DNA of 64,000 nucleotides. It comes from Takakia lepidozioides. Its lineage: Eukaryota; Plantae; Bryophyta. The stretch's first letter is position 1. Each line of letters starts with the position of its first letter. The notes under the pieces are model-generated. The model was given only the letters and a program-made list of their open reading frames with translations. It ran no database searches and was not told where the DNA came from. The position numbers and the translations under genes were made by a program. The DNA is taken from assembly GCA_030704615.1 (NCBI GenBank), contig CM060732.1, positions 28,954,001-29,018,000 of the forward strand. The letters are read 5' to 3'. Shown here piece after piece: positions 61,782 through 64,000 of this stretch.

Positions 61782-64000
61782 AGGTATGCACTCCATTCTG
61801 GAGGTGAAGCGACGATGTGGATATGACTACATTCATGGAAGTAGGTTTCATGGACAAGGGACTGAGGCAGATCGTTGTTTCGTATTCAAAATGTCAACGA
61901 CTGGGCCTGGCAGCGGCGTCGAATTGGTCGACCGGATGACGAGTGGGGACTTGTCAAACAGTTGGGTCATGTTCGACCATATCAAGCGAATTATAAATCA
62001 CCAGTGGGTGACAATGGTTGCACATGTCTACGAAACCCACTACAGGATGCTAATGACAATTGTTATTTGTGAGATGAAAGAAGAGGACACACAATCGGAG
62101 ATGCTTCTTTGGCAGAGAATAAACGAACAGATGGCCAGGGCGGGATTGCCCCCTCCCAATTTCCGTGGTTTCATGGCGGACAACGCACAAGCAAATTGGG
62201 CTACCATCCGAAGGGTGTACAGGGAAGACCCCAATGTTCCGATGGAAGGCAATGAGAGATCTTGTGGGTTCCATTTTCTGCAGAGCTTGTCGCAGTACAC
62301 AACCCGGCCCGTGGCGCCAGATTTCAGAGAGGAGCACCGCTCTATGTGTCTTGCGTGGAAGCGTGCTCCCACCTTGGATGATGCAAGACACAGTTTGCAT
62401 GTATACGGGCTTGGTGGACAACGTTAGGTGCTGTAAATAAATCAGACGAGGGAGCAATGGTCAGTTGGCTAGCATGGTGACATTATCGTTTCCTCCAGTT
62501 CGGCGACTATATGCGGGAGGTGAGTTGGACGAATTCGCGTCCCGTTGAATATTATGCTACTCATTATTTGCAACTTGCTTATAACCTCAACATGTGCATG
62601 TGCAGGAAAGGTATCTCGACTCCGACACCGACATGCCGACAACAAACATGGCCGAATCAGTGCATTCTTCCTGGCGTGCCTTCTCTGCGGCACATCTGGT
62701 GGACATCCTCACTGCCACAACGGAGGACATTGTGAGGTCAACTATGCAGCAATGCAAGTACAACGAGTTCTTGAAAGGGAAACAGTGGGGCTTGGGGCCG
62801 GACAGGCAGGAAATGCTGATGCGGACTGCCTCCAAATCGAAGAATCCTCGCAAGTGGGCGGCAGCCTTGCGAGAAGGCCTTCAGGACACGCCATTGCTTC
62901 GAAGAGGCCAACACTTGGAAGGAGATGTTCACACCTGTCCAGTGAAACAAAGACTTGACGAGGCACCTGACGGAGAAGAGGATTCATGGCGAGCTGACAA
63001 GAATATTCGCACGCTCCCTCGTGGTCCCGTGATGTTGCCCGAGGAGGTCTCGTCGAGCACCGCAAGTCCTGCACGTTCAAGATCGCCATCTCCTTTGAGC
63101 ACAGGGCACGTGCCCGAGGAACAAAATGAGCCATCTGTAGTAACGCAGTACAACATACCAATTGTGGAGACAAGAGTGTCGGAGTCACAGTGGAGAATTG
63201 CAAAGACATTGTCGGCATTTCGAGGGAAGTGCTGCGCCATCCGGGTGGATACCAGAGCACGGTGTGGTGAGATGATTCGGAGGAACCCACACGGAGCTGT
63301 ACCTGTACCTTGTTTCAGCGGCAAATTTTTGACTCCCACATTCTCTCACGCCACAACGCAGACGTTTTGGTTATGTAGGCATGACATAATGACCTGTGTA
63401 TTTGGCAAGCCCAAGTACGGGATTCAGGGAATGCCGGAGCCTCCGGGCGTCTGGCCTGTTGCACCGGGTTGCAACCTCTCTCAGAATGAGGCGGATGCTC
63501 TTTCTGCAGCAGGATTTCAAATGGTGCAACGCACAGACGTCCCGGCCCACTCGTTTCCAGTTCCTCAGACCCAACCATTGCAGACTGTTCAGTCCAGTAG
63601 AGACGGATTGGACAATTCTGCACATCCCACAATGCGATTCGGAAGAGTGAAGAGACGACACCCTCCCAACAAGTTGAATGAGACTCGGATTGCCAATGCT
63701 CTTGGGATGACTTGCACTATTCAGAGCTCCGTGGACGTACCCCCACCCGGCCTTGGGCGTGTTTATCGGATGGCAATGGCCGGCTCAGCTGTACGCGACG
63801 ACGTATACACAATTACGATTGGAGTGGAGCCGACTTGCAATTGTACGGACTTCTCGTTGATGGAAGCAAATAAGGGGTCAAAGTATTATCCGTGCAAGCA
63901 TCTGTATTACATTTACCTGAAGAGGTTGAGGATGAACTTGACTATTGATGACTTTATTCATGCACTAGCGTTGAGCGTGAACGAGCTGCACAAACTCCTC
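61782..64000 (+). pseudogene. Mutator-like (MULE) transposase relic with C-terminal SWIM zinc finger
   Basis: WVMFDHIKR, FRGFMADNAQAN and SCGFHFLQS resemble the MULE DDE and CxxH motifs. YTITIGVEPTCNCTDF...YPCKHLYYI at about 63805-63920 fits SWIM (CxC-xn-CxH). Confidence 0.7.

Overview
Repeat-dense eukaryotic DNA with Arabidopsis-type TTTAGGG telomeric repeats, so most likely a plant; the species cannot be determined from the sequence. There is a 500-N gap at 9553-10052, and scattered 1-bp indels between near-identical copies suggest consensus errors. The core (10053-52266) is a cluster of endonuclease-lacking Penelope-like retroelements (PLEs) joined through short telomeric tracts. It holds two RT-encoding families (A and B) and about 19 copies of a 1.15-kb non-autonomous derivative (C) in three tandem arrays. 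Every pseudo-LTR has the same layout: TATA box, putative start ATCTC, minimal type I hammerhead ribozyme (25 cores counted), long leader, GGCCCCCC motif, and an ACCCTAA(AC) telomere-complementary end. Family B has a coiled-coil ORF1 linked to RT by an in-phase G-GGA-AAU slippery site plus a predicted pseudoknot. Four independent junctions share a non-telomeric linker, CCCTAAAC-TTG(TGAGGG), which looks like a footprint of the RNA template that healed the broken ends. Segment polarity alternates across the cluster. The flanks contain three copies or fragments of one Ty3/Gypsy family, a second gag, a 5'-truncated LINE, a probable SINE, a MULE/SWIM transposase relic, a palindrome array and an unexplained divergent paralog pair.
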